A DNA stretch of 52,598 nt from Callorhinchus milii (lineage: Eukaryota): NCBI RefSeq assembly GCF_018977255.1, contig NW_024705347.1:1-52598 (forward strand), written 5' to 3'. Under the pieces are notes generated by a model. It was not told the DNA's origin, did no database searches, and was given only the letters and a program-made list of their open reading frames with translations. The position numbers and the translations under genes are program-made. Each line of letters starts with the position of its first letter. Position 1 is the first letter of the stretch. Shown here in pieces: positions 50,870-52,598 of this stretch.

Positions 50870-52202
50870 TAAAATTATTAATAATAATTAATAAAAATGC
50901 TTGCATTCGATACAACGCTTTAACGTTTCGTTGTTAGGTCTCAAAGCGGTTCACAAAATAACCTGAAAAATAAACTAACTGTATATTTTGTAGGCGAAAT
51001 GGGGCAGCCAAACGCGCACAGTTTTACAATATAAAATTGTGGCTAAATTGCCAGAACACACCACAGCTTGGACTATCATGGTTCGGACCCTCAGCTCAAT
51101 GAATTGTTGTGGGCTTCAACCCGCAAACTTCTAACCAAGAGCCAAGAACACTAACAAATGTGTGAAACGTACGGATAATCATTGGCTAAACACATAGTTT
51201 AAAATAATAATACCAGTTGCGATTTTCCGATCATTTTCTCTCATTCCCTCTATGTAACATTTAATAATAATAATAGGAATTTCCTTGCATTTGATATGAC
51301 ACTTTTCACTTCTTATGAACATATCAAAACGCTTCACATAGTATATCCATTTACCGAACTGTAAGCATTAACCCGGTGGTTAGTTAATTGGTAGAACGCT
51401 TTTTCGAGGACAATAATCATTAAAAAAAAATCTGGCCACACAATCCATGTTTGTTTGTGGTGGACTGCAACGCGAAATTGGCTGCCGGGTTTAACCTGTC
51501 ACTATAAAGACAATTTACTGTGCACTGTATCCTCAGCAGCGCTTTGCGGTGTATGGAATACCTACAAAGTGCAACATCAAATGTGAGGAATATTATTATT
51601 TTCGTAAAATGAATTGACTGTACATTTGTGGACGAATCGCGGCAGCCAATTCCATACAAAAATGTCTCACAGACTCACTTGAATTGATGACTTATTTTTT
51701 GTACGGATTACTATCGCCATTTCGCAACATTTCGCACTCCCGGGAATTGAACCCAGGTCTCTCGCTTGCGATGTTATTGTTCTTACCACCGAGCGATAGG
51801 AATCCATTAATATATATATATTAATAGCACGGTACAGACTGACTAAAATTTGAGGCATCGCTAACTTTAGGCGTCCAAACAGCACAAAGCATTTGAGTTT
51901 ACTGAAAAGCCTATTTGTTGGCAAACGCGGCAATTAAAAACAGACAAACAGATATAAAGTAAATTATCAAGCATACCGCGAAGTGTTTTTTGCAATTAGG
52001 TGTTGCCCATCAACCCCCAAACAAATCCCCCTTTTTTTAAACTGTGCCACAGGATCTTTGATATCTGAAGGATCAAGTAGGACTTTACTTGTTAAATACG
52101 TATACACATCGCGGCTCCTACAGCAAGAATCAATGGGTCGGGGTCTGCAAACCACATCTTTCTGATTCAGAGGAGAAAGTGCTACCCACTGAGTCAGGCT
52201 GC
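50870..52202. mobile_element. Cluster of decayed SINE remnants in the gene 3 intron
   Basis: Repeated ttgcatttgata-type tails, a tRNA-like head at ~51735-51800, and a Deu-like segment plus head at ~52000-52202. Confidence 0.6.
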
Positions 52203-52251
52203 AAACTTTACTGCAAACTAGTCTAACTAACGATTAAGTTAAACAACTTGC

Positions 52252-52321
52252 CAGGAACTCCAAAGGCAGCGAGAACCGGATAGTAAATGTTTTGTATCCT
52301 GTGTATTAGTGCAATTGTCAT
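52252..52321 (-). CDS. GPR139-like GPCR gene 3, coding exon 1 (MTIALIHRIQNIYYPVLAAFGVP)
   Basis: 70 nt, AAGATG start context, phase-1 donor G|GCAAGT (GC-AG), in frame with 50434. Confidence 0.9.
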
Positions 52322-52598
52322 CTTCGCAGAGAACCGATGGTACCTCCTCTCGGTCCAGACTGGAGATCAGAATAACTAGATGAGATTGAAGTGCAAAAAA
52401 CACAGCATGATTTATAGCAACGTGAACGCTTGAGTTAGAATATTTACTACACGATGTTGAACGAGTTTCAGCCATGTGGAAAACATGTAGTCTCCCTGAG
52501 CGGTGTATCTTACGTCAATTACTTATTTTTAGAGCTTGTTATGGCCTCCATGCGGAAACCTATCACACTGACATTTGTGTAATTATTGACCTGCATGT

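Overview
Vertebrate genomic DNA, inferred to be from a cartilaginous fish because of the GPR139-like receptor paralogs and the L2/CR1/DeuSINE repeat content. The window is repeat-rich. It holds a cluster of two-exon class A orphan GPCR genes of the GPR139/142-like type: two intact (18253-19997 +, 49512-52321 -), one frameshifted (27382-29264 -) and one decayed remnant (~26500-26960 -). The three complete genes share a 70-nt first coding exon that the ORF track misses, and two of them use a conserved GC-AG donor. Six degenerate tRNA genes are interspersed, including a tRNA-Lys(UUU) with a canonical-position intron. A ~9.4 kb block occurs as copy A (3786-13219), partial copy B (30460-34396) and copy C (34397-42336). 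It carries a decayed RTE-like fragment, a foldback array of ~155-bp monomers, a G-rich minisatellite, a 49-bp tandem repeat, a decayed C2H2 zinc-finger exon and a small non-coding LTR element with a tRNA-Ser primer site. A triplicated CCAAT/GC-box promoter-like module lies near the left end. All alignments were done by eye; no database searches were run.
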